The position numbers and the translations under genes were made by a program. Of a stretch of DNA of 64,000 bases, positions 18,176-28,260 are shown piece by piece. A model generated the notes under the pieces. That model did no database searches and had not been told where the DNA came from. It worked only from the letters and a program-made list of their open reading frames with translations. The stretch comes from an uncultured Acidimicrobiia bacterium. GTDB taxonomy: Bacteria > Actinomycetota > Acidimicrobiia > UBA2766. Each line of letters starts with the position of its first letter. Position 1 is the stretch's first letter. The stretch lies in assembly GCA_964370965.1 (NCBI GenBank), contig CAYJLW010000010.1, positions 4,227 through 68,226 on the forward strand, in the 5' to 3' direction.

Positions 18176-20281
18176 TCACGCCCGCAGCGGCATCCGGATC
18201 CCCCGCAGGATGCGGGCGACCTCGTGCATCGTCGTGCGCCCCAGCGAGGCCGCCTGGATGCCCGCGTCCCAGAGGCTGGAGAAGCCCTCCGCGTAGGCGA
18301 TGCGGGCGACGTCGGTGTCCGAAACGCCCCTGCCCAGCATGTCCCTGATCGCATCGCTCACGGGGAGCACCTCATAGAGGCCCATCCGACCACGGAAGCC
18401 GGTCTCGCCGCAGGCGGGACACCCCCGGCCCGCCCGCCAGTCGGCGTCCCCGGGCAGGTCGATGCCGAGCTCGGCGGCGACGTCGACGGGAACGGCGACC
18501 GCCTCGGCGCAGGAGTCACAGACCCGCCGCACGAGGCGCTGGGCCGCGACCAGGGTGACCGCCGAGCCCACCATGTACGGCTCCATACCCATGTCGACGA
18601 GGCGCGTGAGCGTGGCGGGGGCGTCGTTCGTGTGGATGGTGGAGAGGACTATGTGGCCGGTGAGTGCCGCTCGCAGCGCGATGGACGCGGTCTCGTTGTC
18701 CCGCACCTCACCCACCATGACGACGTCGGGATCCTGGCGGAGGACCGCCCGGAGCGCCGCCGGGAACGTGAAGCCGATCTTCTCGTCTATCTGGACCTGC
18801 GTGGCCGCACTGAGATCCCGCTCGATGGGGTCCTCGAGAGTGACGAGGTTGAGCTCGGGCGACGCCACCTCCTCCAGGGCGGCGTAGAGGGTGGTCGTCT
18901 TGCCCGACCCCGTGGGGCCGCTTATGAGCACGAGACCCTGCCGGCCGGTCACGGCCGCCCGCAGCATCTCGAGAGGGGTGCCCCCGAGGCCCGTTGCCGC
19001 GAGCGTGGGGATGCTCTCGGAGCGGTCGACGAGGCGGAGCACGACCTTCTCACCGTACGCCGAAGGCATCACTGACACCCGGGCGTCGAGGATGCGGTCG
19101 CGCAGCTTCAGATGGGCGCGGCCGTCCTGAGGCCGGCGCCGCTCGGCGATGTCGAGCTCCGAGATGATCTTCACCCGACTCACGAGTGCCGGGTGGATGT
19201 CCGAGTCGGCGTGAAAGAGGGGTCGCAGGTGGCCGTCGACCCGGATGCGCATCATGACCCGGTCGGCCTTGGGCTCGATGTGGAGGTCCGACGCCCGCCG
19301 GCGGGCGGCCTCGGCGAGCACCATGTCGAGGAGCTGCTCCGCGCTCGCCTCCGGAGCCCGGGCAGCCCCCTGGCTCATGTCCCCCGCACCGAGACGGGTG
19401 ACCGCCCGGTCGAGCGCGGAGGGGAGAGCGACGGCGGCCTGCACCCTGAGACCGGTGACGATACGGATGTCGTCGAGGCCCACGACGTCGGTGGGATCGG
19501 CCATCGCCACCCGCAACTCGCCGTCGGCGGAGAACTCGAAAGGCACGGCGCGGAGGCGGGCGGCGTCCTCGACGGTGATCGTCTCGCGGGCTTGGCGGTC
19601 GATCACCTTGCTGTCGAGATCGACGAAGGGCACGTGGAGGCGGCGGCCCAGCGCGAACGTGATCTCCTCCTCGCTCACCTTGCCCATCTCGATGAGAACC
19701 GTTCCCAGGCGCCGACGACCCAGGGAGGCCTGCTGGATGCGGAGGGCCTCCATCAGCGTCTCGGTCGTGATCACGTCGTCCTCGACGAGGATCTCCCCGA
19801 GGCGTTTCGCCGTCTCCGGCCGCTCCGGAGCGGAGGCGGGCACCGGCGACGGCCGCGGGGGGCCAGGCAGTTGCGGAGGAGCCGCCACGGATGTCACCGG
19901 GACGGCCGGTCCCGGCGACGGCGTCTCTGGCAGGTACACCCGGTGAGGGATGGGTGCGACGGCCGGAGCTGTGGGAGCACTCCCTGCCGGCGGGCCCGGG
20001 CCCGCAGGAGGGGGCGGGGGCCACACACCCGCCACCGGGGGGGACGCCACCCGAGGGGACGCCGCCGGTGCGGGAGGGGGCGGCGGCGGGGGCGCGGCCA
20101 CCAAGGGGGGCCCAGAGGAGTGGGGCGGGGGGGCCAGCCGCCCGAGGGCATCGAACGCCCCCAAGGCGTCTGCTGCGGAAGGGGCCTGTCGGAACGGTCC
20201 CCCGGCGTCAAAGCGGGAGAAGCACCGGTTGCACCACTGCGCCCCGTCCGGGTTCAAAGCGTCACATGCAGGACATCGCAC
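18176..20281 (-). CDS. GspE/PilB-family secretion ATPase with N-terminal zinc ribbon, Pro-rich linker and GspE_N domain
   Basis: MRCPACDALNPDGAQWCNRCF, then a PPPPPPP-rich linker. Walker A GPTGSGKTT. GspE signatures VGEVRD, His box, and a C-terminal tetracysteine CDSC...CPACG. GTG start. Confidence 0.8.
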   Translation of the reverse strand: MRCPACDALNPDGAQWCNRCFSRFDAGGPFRQAPSAADALGAFDALGRLAPPPHSSGPPLVAAPPPPPPPAPAASPRVASPPVAGVWPPPPPAGPGPPAGSAPTAPAVAPIPHRVYLPETPSPGPAVPVTSVAAPPQLPGPPRPSPVPASAPERPETAKRLGEILVEDDVITTETLMEALRIQQASLGRRRLGTVLIEMGKVSEEEITFALGRRLHVPFVDLDSKVIDRQARETITVEDAARLRAVPFEFSADGELRVAMADPTDVVGLDDIRIVTGLRVQAAVALPSALDRAVTRLGAGDMSQGAARAPEASAEQLLDMVLAEAARRRASDLHIEPKADRVMMRIRVDGHLRPLFHADSDIHPALVSRVKIISELDIAERRRPQDGRAHLKLRDRILDARVSVMPSAYGEKVVLRLVDRSESIPTLAATGLGGTPLEMLRAAVTGRQGLVLISGPTGSGKTTTLYAALEEVASPELNLVTLEDPIERDLSAATQVQIDEKIGFTFPAALRAVLRQDPDVVMVGEVRDNETASIALRAALTGHIVLSTIHTNDAPATLTRLVDMGMEPYMVGSAVTLVAAQRLVRRVCDSCAEAVAVPVDVAAELGIDLPGDADWRAGRGCPACGETGFRGRMGLYEVLPVSDAIRDMLGRGVSDTDVARIAYAEGFSSLWDAGIQAASLGRTTMHEVARILRGIRMPLRA

Positions 20282-20358
20282 TGGTCCGCCTCCACGTCCC
20301 CTGTCTCTTCATCGAAGCGCCCGCCCCCGGACTTGACAAGCGCCGGGGACGAGACCTC

Positions 20359-21540
20359 CTACAGGTCGGCGTCGAGGGCGCGGCGGATCCCCCGGACGGC
20401 CTGGCCGATGCGCTGCTCGTTCTCGACGAGGGCGAAGCGCACGAACCCGTCGCCGCCGGGACCGAAGCCCACCCCCGGGGACACAGCCACCTTGGCCTCC
20501 CGGACGAGGCGCACCGCGAACTCGAGGGACCCGAGGTCGCGATACCGCTCCGGGATGGGCGCCCACACGAACATGGTCCCCTTTGGCCTCTGCACGTCGG
20601 GCCAGCCGATGCGGTCGAGACCGTCGCAGAGGGCGTCCCGACGCACCTTGTAGATGTCGTTGACGACCTTCGGGTAGTCCGACGCCTCGTTCATCGCCAC
20701 GATGGCGGCGATCTGGATGGGCTGGAACGTGCCGTAGTCGAGGTAGGACTTGAGCTTCTGGAGTGCCGCCACGATCTCGGCGTTGCCCACGAGGAACCCG
20801 ACCCGCCACCCCGGCATGGAGAACGACTTCGTGAGCGTGTAGAGCTCCACTCCCACGTCCTTGGCGCCCGGGATCTCGAGCAGGCTGGGCGGCTGGTAGC
20901 CGTCGAAGGACACGTCCGCGTAGGCGAAGTCGTGCACGAGGAGGACGTCGTTCTCCTTGGCGAAGGCCACGAGACGCTCGAAGAAGGACCGGTCGACGCA
21001 GTAGGTCGTGGGGTTGTGGGGGAAGGACGTGATGATCACCCGGGCCCGGGGCCAAGCGCGTTCGTACGCCTCCTCGAGATTGGCGAAGAAGTCCTCGACG
21101 TGGGGACCGAGACCGACCTGGGTGACCTCGGCGCCCGCCAGGAACGGGGCGTAGAGGTGGATCGGATACGACGGCGTGGGGACGATCACGCCGTCACCGG
21201 GTTGGGCGAGCACCCACATGAGGTGCGCGAGTCCCTCCTTGGCGCCGATGGTGACGATCGCCTCGCGGTCCGGGTCGAGCTGCACGCCGAACTTGCGCCC
21301 GTAGAGGTCACAGACGGCCTTGCGCAGCTTCGGGATGCCGCGGCTCGCCGAGTAGCGGTGGTTGCGGGGATTGCGCACCGCCTCGCAGAGCTTGTCGACG
21401 GCGATGTCCGGGGAGGGGATGTCCGGGTTGCCGAAGCCGAGGTCGATGATGTCCGCGCCGTCGCGGCGGGCCTGCAGCTTCAGGGCGTCGACCGTGGCGA
21501 ACACGTAGGGCGGAAGGTTCTGGATGCGCCGGAACTCCAT
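20359..21540 (-). CDS. class I/II PLP aminotransferase, AlaC(YfdZ)-like glutamate-pyruvate aminotransferase
   Basis: [10 protein letters not shown]...[10 protein letters not shown]...SYPIHLYAP...SFPHNPT...[14 protein letters not shown] is collinear with E. coli AlaC. The upstream extension of the annotated 731-aa ORF is a GC-rich frame artefact. Confidence 0.85.
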   Translation of the reverse strand: MEFRRIQNLPPYVFATVDALKLQARRDGADIIDLGFGNPDIPSPDIAVDKLCEAVRNPRNHRYSASRGIPKLRKAVCDLYGRKFGVQLDPDREAIVTIGAKEGLAHLMWVLAQPGDGVIVPTPSYPIHLYAPFLAGAEVTQVGLGPHVEDFFANLEEAYERAWPRARVIITSFPHNPTTYCVDRSFFERLVAFAKENDVLLVHDFAYADVSFDGYQPPSLLEIPGAKDVGVELYTLTKSFSMPGWRVGFLVGNAEIVAALQKLKSYLDYGTFQPIQIAAIVAMNEASDYPKVVNDIYKVRRDALCDGLDRIGWPDVQRPKGTMFVWAPIPERYRDLGSLEFAVRLVREAKVAVSPGVGFGPGGDGFVRFALVENEQRIGQAVRGIRRALDADL

Positions 21541-21614
21541 CCGCCCATCGTAACCGACGGGCTCCGCGCCCATGGGCTGGAAGGCGCTCCCCCGGGCCGC
21601 GAGCCCCCGGCGCC

Positions 21615-22367
21615 TCAGCGTTCCCCCGCTCTCAGGAGGTCCACCATCTCGGCCAACGCCGGGAGCTCCGCGTGGTCCACGACGCCGAGCACGAGGTCGT
21701 CCGCCCCCGCTGCCACGTACTCGCCGAGGGCGCCGGCGAGGGCCGCCGGGGTCCCCGAGATGACGCCGGTCCGCGACCCCGCCACGCTCACGTTGCCCCC
21801 CCAGCTCACCGTCCTCCCACTCGCTGCCGCCGCCGTAGCCGCCCGCCGCACCTCCTCCGGCGGAGCGCCCCAGAGGTTGTGCCCGTCGGCGTGGGCGACG
21901 AGGGCCCTCGCCCGCGGGCCGCGCCCCCCCACCCAGACCGTAAGACCGGTCGCCTTCAGCCCCCGGATCGTCGCCAGGGCCAGGGTCGCGCGCTCGTCCG
22001 CACCGGGGTAGGTGATGCCGTAGGAGATGTTCTCGTCCCGCGAGAGACGGTCTGCGATCCCGACGCCGACGACCACGTCGCGCCCCGGGCAGGCGGCCGC
22101 CAGGGTGCGGGCCGCTGCCACGGCCACGGCCGGGGGGCGCAACGTGGACCGCAGCACGAGGGGGCCGAGGCCGATGCGCACGGTTTCGGCGGCCACAGCG
22201 GCGAGCACGGCGGTGGACTCCAGGACGGGACGCTCCCGGTCCCGCCCCAAAGGGAACACGTGGTCGTAGACCGCGACCCTGTCGAAACCGAGCGCCTCCG
22301 CCTCGCGGGCGGCGACGACGAACGCCGCGTCGAACCGGAACTGCGGAAGGCTGACGGCCACGGTCAC
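21615..22367 (-). CDS. luciferase-like (LLM-class) flavin/F420-dependent oxidoreductase
   Basis: [29 protein letters not shown]...[13 protein letters not shown] start 5 nt after the ROK stop. Confidence 0.6.
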   Translation of the reverse strand: MTVAVSLPQFRFDAAFVVAAREAEALGFDRVAVYDHVFPLGRDRERPVLESTAVLAAVAAETVRIGLGPLVLRSTLRPPAVAVAAARTLAAACPGRDVVVGVGIADRLSRDENISYGITYPGADERATLALATIRGLKATGLTVWVGGRGPRARALVAHADGHNLWGAPPEEVRRAATAAAASGRTVSWGGNVSVAGSRTGVISGTPAALAGALGEYVAAGADDLVLGVVDHAELPALAEMVDLLRAGER

Positions 22368-22372
22368 CGGAC

Positions 22373-23341
22373 TCAGACGGCCACCCCCGCCGCCCGGAAG
22401 GCCACGAGCGCCGCGCCCACGGCACCGGACCAGGGCCCGAACGCCGCTGCCAGCACGGGCACGTCCGGTCGGAAGGCCGCCCCGCTGAGGCGGGCACCCA
22501 GACGTTCGCGTACAGGACCGAGGACGACGTCCCCGGCGGCGACAACGCCCCCACCCATCACGACACGGGCGGGATCGAGGCACTGCACGAGACCGGCAAG
22601 ACCGATCGCGACCCAGTCCGCGTACTCCGCGACCACGGCGTGGGCGAGGGGATCTCCCGCCTCCGCGGCGGCGACAGCGTGGCGACCGGTGACGGCGGCG
22701 CCGTCACCCCCGGCCAGGTCCAGGATGCGGGCCCCGGCGGGCTCCCCCGCGGCGTCGCGCGCCATGCGGTCCAGAGCCCGCCCGGACGCCACGGCCTCCC
22801 AGTGGCCCCGCTCACCGCAGGCGCACCTGGGGCCCCCCACGTGGACCATCATGTGCCCGATCTCCCCGGCGAACCCGTGCGCCCCCGCGAAAGGTGCGCC
22901 GGCGGCGATGATGCCGCCCCCGATCCCGGTGCCGAGAGTCACCATGAGGAGGTCCCCGCAGCGCTCCCCGGCCCCGAGGTCGTGCTCGGCGAGGGCGGCG
23001 CAGTCGGCGTCGTTGGCGGCAACCGCGTCGAGCCCCGTGCGCGCCGTGATCGCGTCCGTCACGGCTGCGCGGCGCAGCGCCACGTTCGGTCCGTAGACGA
23101 GTTCGCCGCGGTCCCGCTCGACGAGACCGGCCAGTCCCGCCCCCACGCCCACGACGTGGGCGTCACCCGCTCTTTCGAGAGCCGCCGCGGCGGCGGCGCA
23201 CACGCCTTCGAGCTGGCCGGCGGAATCCATTCCCGGTGTCTCGAGGACGATCCGGTCCACGACCGTGCCGTCGACACCCACGAGGGCGGCGCCCGTCTTC
23301 GTCCCGCCCAGGTCGAGACCGATCGAGAGCGGGACGGACAC
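22373..23341 (-). CDS. ROK-family glucokinase
   Basis: [10 protein letters not shown]...[10 protein letters not shown]...zinc motif [10 protein letters not shown]. Confidence 0.8.
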   Translation of the reverse strand: MSVPLSIGLDLGGTKTGAALVGVDGTVVDRIVLETPGMDSAGQLEGVCAAAAAALERAGDAHVVGVGAGLAGLVERDRGELVYGPNVALRRAAVTDAITARTGLDAVAANDADCAALAEHDLGAGERCGDLLMVTLGTGIGGGIIAAGAPFAGAHGFAGEIGHMMVHVGGPRCACGERGHWEAVASGRALDRMARDAAGEPAGARILDLAGGDGAAVTGRHAVAAAEAGDPLAHAVVAEYADWVAIGLAGLVQCLDPARVVMGGGVVAAGDVVLGPVRERLGARLSGAAFRPDVPVLAAAFGPWSGAVGAALVAFRAAGVAV

Positions 23342-23342
23342 T

Positions 23343-23702
23343 TCAGTCCCCGGGCCGGGAGAGGCGGACGTCGGCCTTCTTGGCGCCGAGTCCCCTCAGG
23401 ACCCCCTCGAGGCGGAGCTCGCTCTCGCGGATGTCGATGTCGCGCCGGTCGATCATCTTGTCCGTGGTGACGACCGTGAGCTCCACCGCGGTGGCGCCGT
23501 CGAGGACATCGCGCAGGTCGTGGTCCACTCCTCGACTGCCGGATCCGACGACGAGCAGCCAGATCGCCACGACGACCACAGCGACCGCTCCCACCCACCA
23601 GGGGATCTTGAACCCGACGATCGCCCGCCCGACGCTGCGCTCGGATCCCGGCCCGGGCTCCCGCAGGGGACCGGCCCCGGCAGGCGGCTGTTGCGGCTCC
23701 AT
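23343..23702 (-). CDS. small membrane protein, hypothetical
   Basis: Single TM helix WWVGAVAVVVVAIWLLVV. Stop sits next to the ROK GTG start (TGAaGTG). Confidence 0.4.
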   Translation of the reverse strand: MEPQQPPAGAGPLREPGPGSERSVGRAIVGFKIPWWVGAVAVVVVAIWLLVVGSGSRGVDHDLRDVLDGATAVELTVVTTDKMIDRRDIDIRESELRLEGVLRGLGAKKADVRLSRPGD

Positions 23703-23727
23703 GGCGCCTCCTCTTCCCCTTGGGCGA

Positions 23728-24864
23728 TCAGAACCGCAGGAGCGCCCCGATGCGTCCCATCACGTCCACGTCCGCAGAATCCCGCAGCATCCGCACGGCG
23801 GCACCCTCGTTCACTGCGGCGTCGATCGCCTCCTCGACGACGTCATCGAGCCATTCGAGCTCCGTGGCGCAACGGTCGCAGGCCGGGCCCACGGCCCGCA
23901 GCGCGCCACACCCCGGACAGCGCCACCCGCCGGTGGCGAAGCCGGCGGAGACGACCAGGGTCTCGACACGGCGATCGGCGAGAGCGTCGAGCGTGCCGGC
24001 GAGACCCACGGTGCCCTTTCGGCTCCCGCCGGCCGCGGAGCGGAGCGCCGCGATGAGGTCCCGCTCCCGGTCGGCCTCCATGGCGGCGTCCAGGGCGTCG
24101 CACGCAGCGACCACGTCCTCGTTGCCGGCACCGGGCCCGCAGGGGATCCGGCCCACGATCCGCCGCCGGACGTCACCCGCCATCACCCGCTCGAGCTCGG
24201 CCACGGTCGACTCCTGACCGCCGAGCACGACGTCACGCGTGCCCTCGCCGTGGACCACGGCAGCGAGGTCGCCCGCCACGTGGGCGAGGTGGCGCACCAC
24301 TTCGTGTTCGCGCGACTGCTGCACCTTGGTGGCGCCCCGATCCTGGTGTCCCATGTCGACGCCCCGGGGCAGGGGGTCGGTCTCCTCTGAGAGGGGCACC
24401 ACTTCGCCGTCGTCGACGACGAGGACCCTGCCGCGCTCCCGGTCCGCGAGGGCGACCGCAAAGCGGTATCCGGCGGCGAGGACCTCCTCAAGAGGCCCGT
24501 TGACAGGCGAGTGGTTGTAGCGGACCTGGCTGCGCACGGGCCTCCGGAGCTCGAAGGTGCGCGTGAACCCGATGGCCTCACAGGAGAACATGGCGAGGCC
24601 CCTCGTGGCGCCCCGGTCCCACCCCGCCAGGAAGCGCTCGCAGCGGTCGAGGTCGGCCTGCGCAGCGACACGCACATCCTTGTCCAGATCCATGGCGTCT
24701 AGCTGCGAGCGACCCCGCTTGAGCGCGAGGCGTGTTTCCTCCTCGAGATCAGTGTGGCGGGGCAGGCGGCGGCCGTCGGTGTCCAAGAACACGCTCACCA
24801 CGAGGTGTCGGCGAGATCGAACAGCGGCCAGCTCCCTGATGTCACCTGCGGTGAGCCGTGGCAT
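23728..24864 (-). CDS. eRF1/Pelota-like (baeRF-type) domain protein with embedded zinc ribbon
   Basis: Size and layout resemble mycobacterial Rv2629-type eRF1-like proteins. CPGCG...CDRC ribbon near the C-terminus. No GGQ motif. Assignment is from memory of the family only. Confidence 0.45.
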   Translation of the reverse strand: MPRLTAGDIRELAAVRSRRHLVVSVFLDTDGRRLPRHTDLEEETRLALKRGRSQLDAMDLDKDVRVAAQADLDRCERFLAGWDRGATRGLAMFSCEAIGFTRTFELRRPVRSQVRYNHSPVNGPLEEVLAAGYRFAVALADRERGRVLVVDDGEVVPLSEETDPLPRGVDMGHQDRGATKVQQSREHEVVRHLAHVAGDLAAVVHGEGTRDVVLGGQESTVAELERVMAGDVRRRIVGRIPCGPGAGNEDVVAACDALDAAMEADRERDLIAALRSAAGGSRKGTVGLAGTLDALADRRVETLVVSAGFATGGWRCPGCGALRAVGPACDRCATELEWLDDVVEEAIDAAVNEGAAVRMLRDSADVDVMGRIGALLRF

Positions 24865-25012
24865 CCAGACCCCCTCGTGCTCTTGATCGCGGAATCAGCG
24901 CGTGCGGCCACACTAGGTGCCCGGACGCGCCCGGACAAGGGTCGTTGGACTCACGCGGGTCCATCCGCAAGCGGAGACATGATGCCCGTGACCACACCGA
25001 CACGGGGGACGC

Positions 25013-27448
25013 CTACGGGAGCGAGTCGTCCACGAGGGCGAGGGCGAGGACCTCGTCGACGTGGGCGGCGAAAACGAGGTCGATCTCGTCCCGGACGAAC
25101 TCCGGGACGTCCACGACGTCCTTGGCGTTGTCCTCGGGCAGGATCACCGTCTTCAGGCCCGCCCGGTGCGCGGCGAGGACCTTCTCCTTCACGCCCCCGA
25201 TGGGCAGGACGCGTCCCCGCAGGGTGATCTCGCCCGTCATGCCCACGCTGCGGCGCACGGCCCGGTCCGACAGTGCCGAGACGAGCGCCGTGGCCATCGT
25301 GATCCCGGCCGAGGGACCGTCCTTGGGCACGGCGCCCGCCGGGACGTGGACGTGCACGTCGTGGGTGTCCGCCCAGTTCGCATCCAGGCCGAGGCGATCG
25401 CCGATGCGCCGGGCATAGGTGAGGGCCGCCCGGGCGGACTCCTGCATGACGTCGCCGAGCTGGCCCGTCAGGGTGAGCTTGCCGGTGCCGGGCACGACCG
25501 ATGCCTCCACGAACAGGACGTCGCCGCCGGCGGCGGTGACCGCGAGACCGGTGGCCATGCCGACCTCGTCGGCCTCGGCGGCGAGGTCGGCCTTGAACTT
25601 CTCCGGGCCCAGGTACTCCCCCACCTTCTCCTCGTCAATGCGGATCGGGGTGTCGGCACCCTCGACGATCTCGCGGGCGGCCTTTCGCACGAGGGCGGCG
25701 AGCTCGCGGTCGAGACTCCGCACACCCGCCTCCCGCGTGTAGGCGTGGATGGTGAGCTTCACCGCCTCGGGGGTGAGCTCGGCCTGCTCGCCCGTGACCC
25801 CGTGGGCCTCGAGCTCCTTGGGCACGAGATAGCGCTCGGCGATCGCCGCCTTCTCCGGCTCGGTGTACCCCGGCAGCGTGATCACCTCGAGGCGGTCGAG
25901 CAGGGGCCGCGGGATGGTGTCTAGGACGTTGGCCGTGGCGATGAACAGGACCCGGGAAAGGTCGAGGGGGACGTCGAGGTAATGGTCGCGGAAGCCGTGG
26001 TTCTGAGCGGGGTCGAGAACCTCCAGCAGAGCCGCCGCCGGGTCGCCCCGGTAGTCGGCGCCCAGCTTGTCGATCTCGTCCAGCATCATCACCGGGTTCA
26101 TGCTCCCGGCACGACGCAAGGCGGCGACGATGCGCCCCGGCATCGCTCCGATGTACGTGCGCCGGTGCCCTCTGAGCTCGGCTTCGTCGCGCACTCCCCC
26201 GAGGGACATCCGCACGAACTCGCGCCCGAGAGCGCGGGCGATGGATTGGCCGAGCGACGTCTTGCCCACGCCCGGGGGACCCACGAAGCAGAGGATGGGG
26301 CCCGCGAGGTCGCTCTTGAGCTGCCGCACGGCGAGGAACTCCAGGATGCGCTCCTTGGGCTTCTCCAGGCCGTAGTGGTCCTCGTCCAGGATCTCCCTGG
26401 CGCCGGCGACGTCACCGGAGTCCTCGGTCACAACCCCCCAAGGCACGGCGAGCAGCCAGTCGAGGTAGCTGCGGATGACGGAGTGCTCGGGCGATGCGGG
26501 TGGGACCTTCTCGAGGCGCTTCAACTCGCGGAGCGCTTCGTCCCTGGCCTCCTGGGGCATGACGGAGCCCTCGACCTGGGCGCGCAGGTCGGCGACCTCG
26601 GCAGTCTCGTCGTCCTCGCCCAGCTCCTTGCGGATGGCGTCGAGCTGGCGACGGAGGAGGAACTCACGCTGCTGCTGGTCGAGCTCCCCCTGCACCTGCT
26701 CGTTGATCTTCGAGCCCATCTCGAGGAGCTCGAGCTCACGCGCCAGGATGCGGAGGATCTCCTCTAGGCGGTCGGCCACGTCCGCTGTGGCGAGGAGCTC
26801 CTGGCGTTTCTCGGTGTCCATGTTGATGTTGGAGGCGAGGAAGTCCGCCAGGACCTCGGGATCGGTGACGTTCAGCGCCGCCGTCACGAGCTGCTCGGGG
26901 AGGTACGGTGCCAGCTCGACCATCCGTTGGAAGGCCGTGAGGACGCTGCGGCGGGTCGCCTCGACCCGGGGACCTTCGGCTCCCGTGGTCTCCAGGCGGG
27001 CCACCCGAGCCCGGAAGTACGGCTCGGTCTCGACGACCTCATCTATGCGGATGCGGCCCACACCCTCGATGACGACGCGCAGGGATCCGTCCGGGAAGCG
27101 GAACATCTGGATGACCCGCGCCAGCGTCCCGACGTCGTGGAGGTCCGCTGACGTGGGTTCCTCGACGGAGGAGTCCCGCAGGGCGACCACGGCGAGGAGC
27201 TTCTCGTCGTCGCCGCCGCCGAGCACGTCCTCTATGAGGTGCTTCGACTTCGGCCGGCCCACCATGACGGGGGCGACGATCTCGGGGTAGACGACGGTGT
27301 CGCGCAGCGGGAGGAGGGCGACGACCTCAGGCGTCTCGACCAGGTCGTCGCTCCCCGGTTCCCCGCCGCCCACGGGCACGGCTTCGGGGGCGCCGGCATC
27401 GCTGCCGGCAACGGGGATTCCGCCGCGCGTCTCGACGGTGTCGTCCAT
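25013..27448 (-). CDS. lon: ATP-dependent Lon protease
   Basis: LPLRDTVVYPE (LonN), Walker A GPPGVGKTSLG, LDEIDK, protease domain PKDGPSAGITMATALVSAL. The annotated 1575-aa ORF runs through upstream genes in one frame, which is an artefact. Confidence 0.9.
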   Translation of the reverse strand: MDDTVETRGGIPVAGSDAGAPEAVPVGGGEPGSDDLVETPEVVALLPLRDTVVYPEIVAPVMVGRPKSKHLIEDVLGGGDDEKLLAVVALRDSSVEEPTSADLHDVGTLARVIQMFRFPDGSLRVVIEGVGRIRIDEVVETEPYFRARVARLETTGAEGPRVEATRRSVLTAFQRMVELAPYLPEQLVTAALNVTDPEVLADFLASNINMDTEKRQELLATADVADRLEEILRILARELELLEMGSKINEQVQGELDQQQREFLLRRQLDAIRKELGEDDETAEVADLRAQVEGSVMPQEARDEALRELKRLEKVPPASPEHSVIRSYLDWLLAVPWGVVTEDSGDVAGAREILDEDHYGLEKPKERILEFLAVRQLKSDLAGPILCFVGPPGVGKTSLGQSIARALGREFVRMSLGGVRDEAELRGHRRTYIGAMPGRIVAALRRAGSMNPVMMLDEIDKLGADYRGDPAAALLEVLDPAQNHGFRDHYLDVPLDLSRVLFIATANVLDTIPRPLLDRLEVITLPGYTEPEKAAIAERYLVPKELEAHGVTGEQAELTPEAVKLTIHAYTREAGVRSLDRELAALVRKAAREIVEGADTPIRIDEEKVGEYLGPEKFKADLAAEADEVGMATGLAVTAAGGDVLFVEASVVPGTGKLTLTGQLGDVMQESARAALTYARRIGDRLGLDANWADTHDVHVHVPAGAVPKDGPSAGITMATALVSALSDRAVRRSVGMTGEITLRGRVLPIGGVKEKVLAAHRAGLKTVILPEDNAKDVVDVPEFVRDEIDLVFAAHVDEVLALALVDDSLP

Positions 27449-27602
27449 GAGGGCAGTGTAGTGATCCTCCCCGCCTCTCCCGACAGACGCATCTGGACTT
27501 GAGCGTTGTGCTGTCAACTTTTCTTCCAATCCGCGAGAAACATCGCCCGCCTCGGTGACAACACCGTCCCCGGGGCCGTTTCTTCCGCGGAGTCCCCTTG
27601 CG

Positions 27603-28217
27603 TCACCCCAGCGTGATGCGCTGCACCTTGGCGGCGCTTGCGCCCTGGGTGCGTCCGAGCGCAGTCTCGAGCCCCTCGAGAAGGGAGCGGGCGGCCGCTG
27701 TGAGCTCCTGGGCCGCCGTGAGGAGATGGGCCATCGTTTCCGGCCGGGCGCCGCGCGCCTCGGAGAAGAGCGCCCCGATCGGGCAGGCGTAGCACTCGGC
27801 CCCCTGGCCGCCCGCAACCCCTGGCGACGCCCGTCGCCCTCCGGCAGGCGGGGGAGCGCCGGCGCCTCCCGGCGGGCCTCCGGCCCCCGTCGCGGCGGTG
27901 CCGCCGAAGCGGGACGACATCGCGTCCCAGCCCCCCAGGAGGCTCCACGCCGCGGAGGCGGCCTCGGAGGCATCAGGGGCCCCGGGAAGCTGCTCACCGC
28001 CCACCTCGTCGAACGCCGGGACCTCGACCGGGGCGTCCCCGCCCTCGCCACCTCCGGGGATCGCCTGGAACAACGGATTGCGCGCCCGGCGGGCCCCGCC
28101 CCGGTGACGCCCGGGCCGCTCCGGCTGGGGCCCGCCCCCGAGACCGGCCCGAACGGGTGGGGACGGCTCACCCCACGCGGACGCGCCCGGCTGTCCACGG
28201 CCCTGCGGGAAGGACAT
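27603..28217 (-). CDS. Gly/Pro-rich low-complexity protein, hypothetical
   Basis: ORF between the ArsA-like gene and lon. C-terminal part (AECYACPIGALFSEARG...LLEGLETALG) looks protein-like. Weak. Confidence 0.3.
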   Translation of the reverse strand: MSFPQGRGQPGASAWGEPSPPVRAGLGGGPQPERPGRHRGGARRARNPLFQAIPGGGEGGDAPVEVPAFDEVGGEQLPGAPDASEAASAAWSLLGGWDAMSSRFGGTAATGAGGPPGGAGAPPPAGGRRASPGVAGGQGAECYACPIGALFSEARGARPETMAHLLTAAQELTAAARSLLEGLETALGRTQGASAAKVQRITLG

Positions 28218-28260
28218 CCCCTCGGAGGAGCGCTGCCCCTGCGAGGCGACTTCCTCGGGC

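Noticed and set aside
19112-22011. 513-aa and 706-aa plus-strand ORFs
   Set aside because: Antisense to the GspE-like ATPase and aminotransferase genes. Arg/Gly-rich, no motifs.
21540-22554. Upstream extension of the 731-aa ORF containing the aminotransferase
   Set aside because: Arg/Gly-rich frame artefact. The region actually encodes an LLM oxidoreductase in another frame. The aminotransferase starts at 21540.
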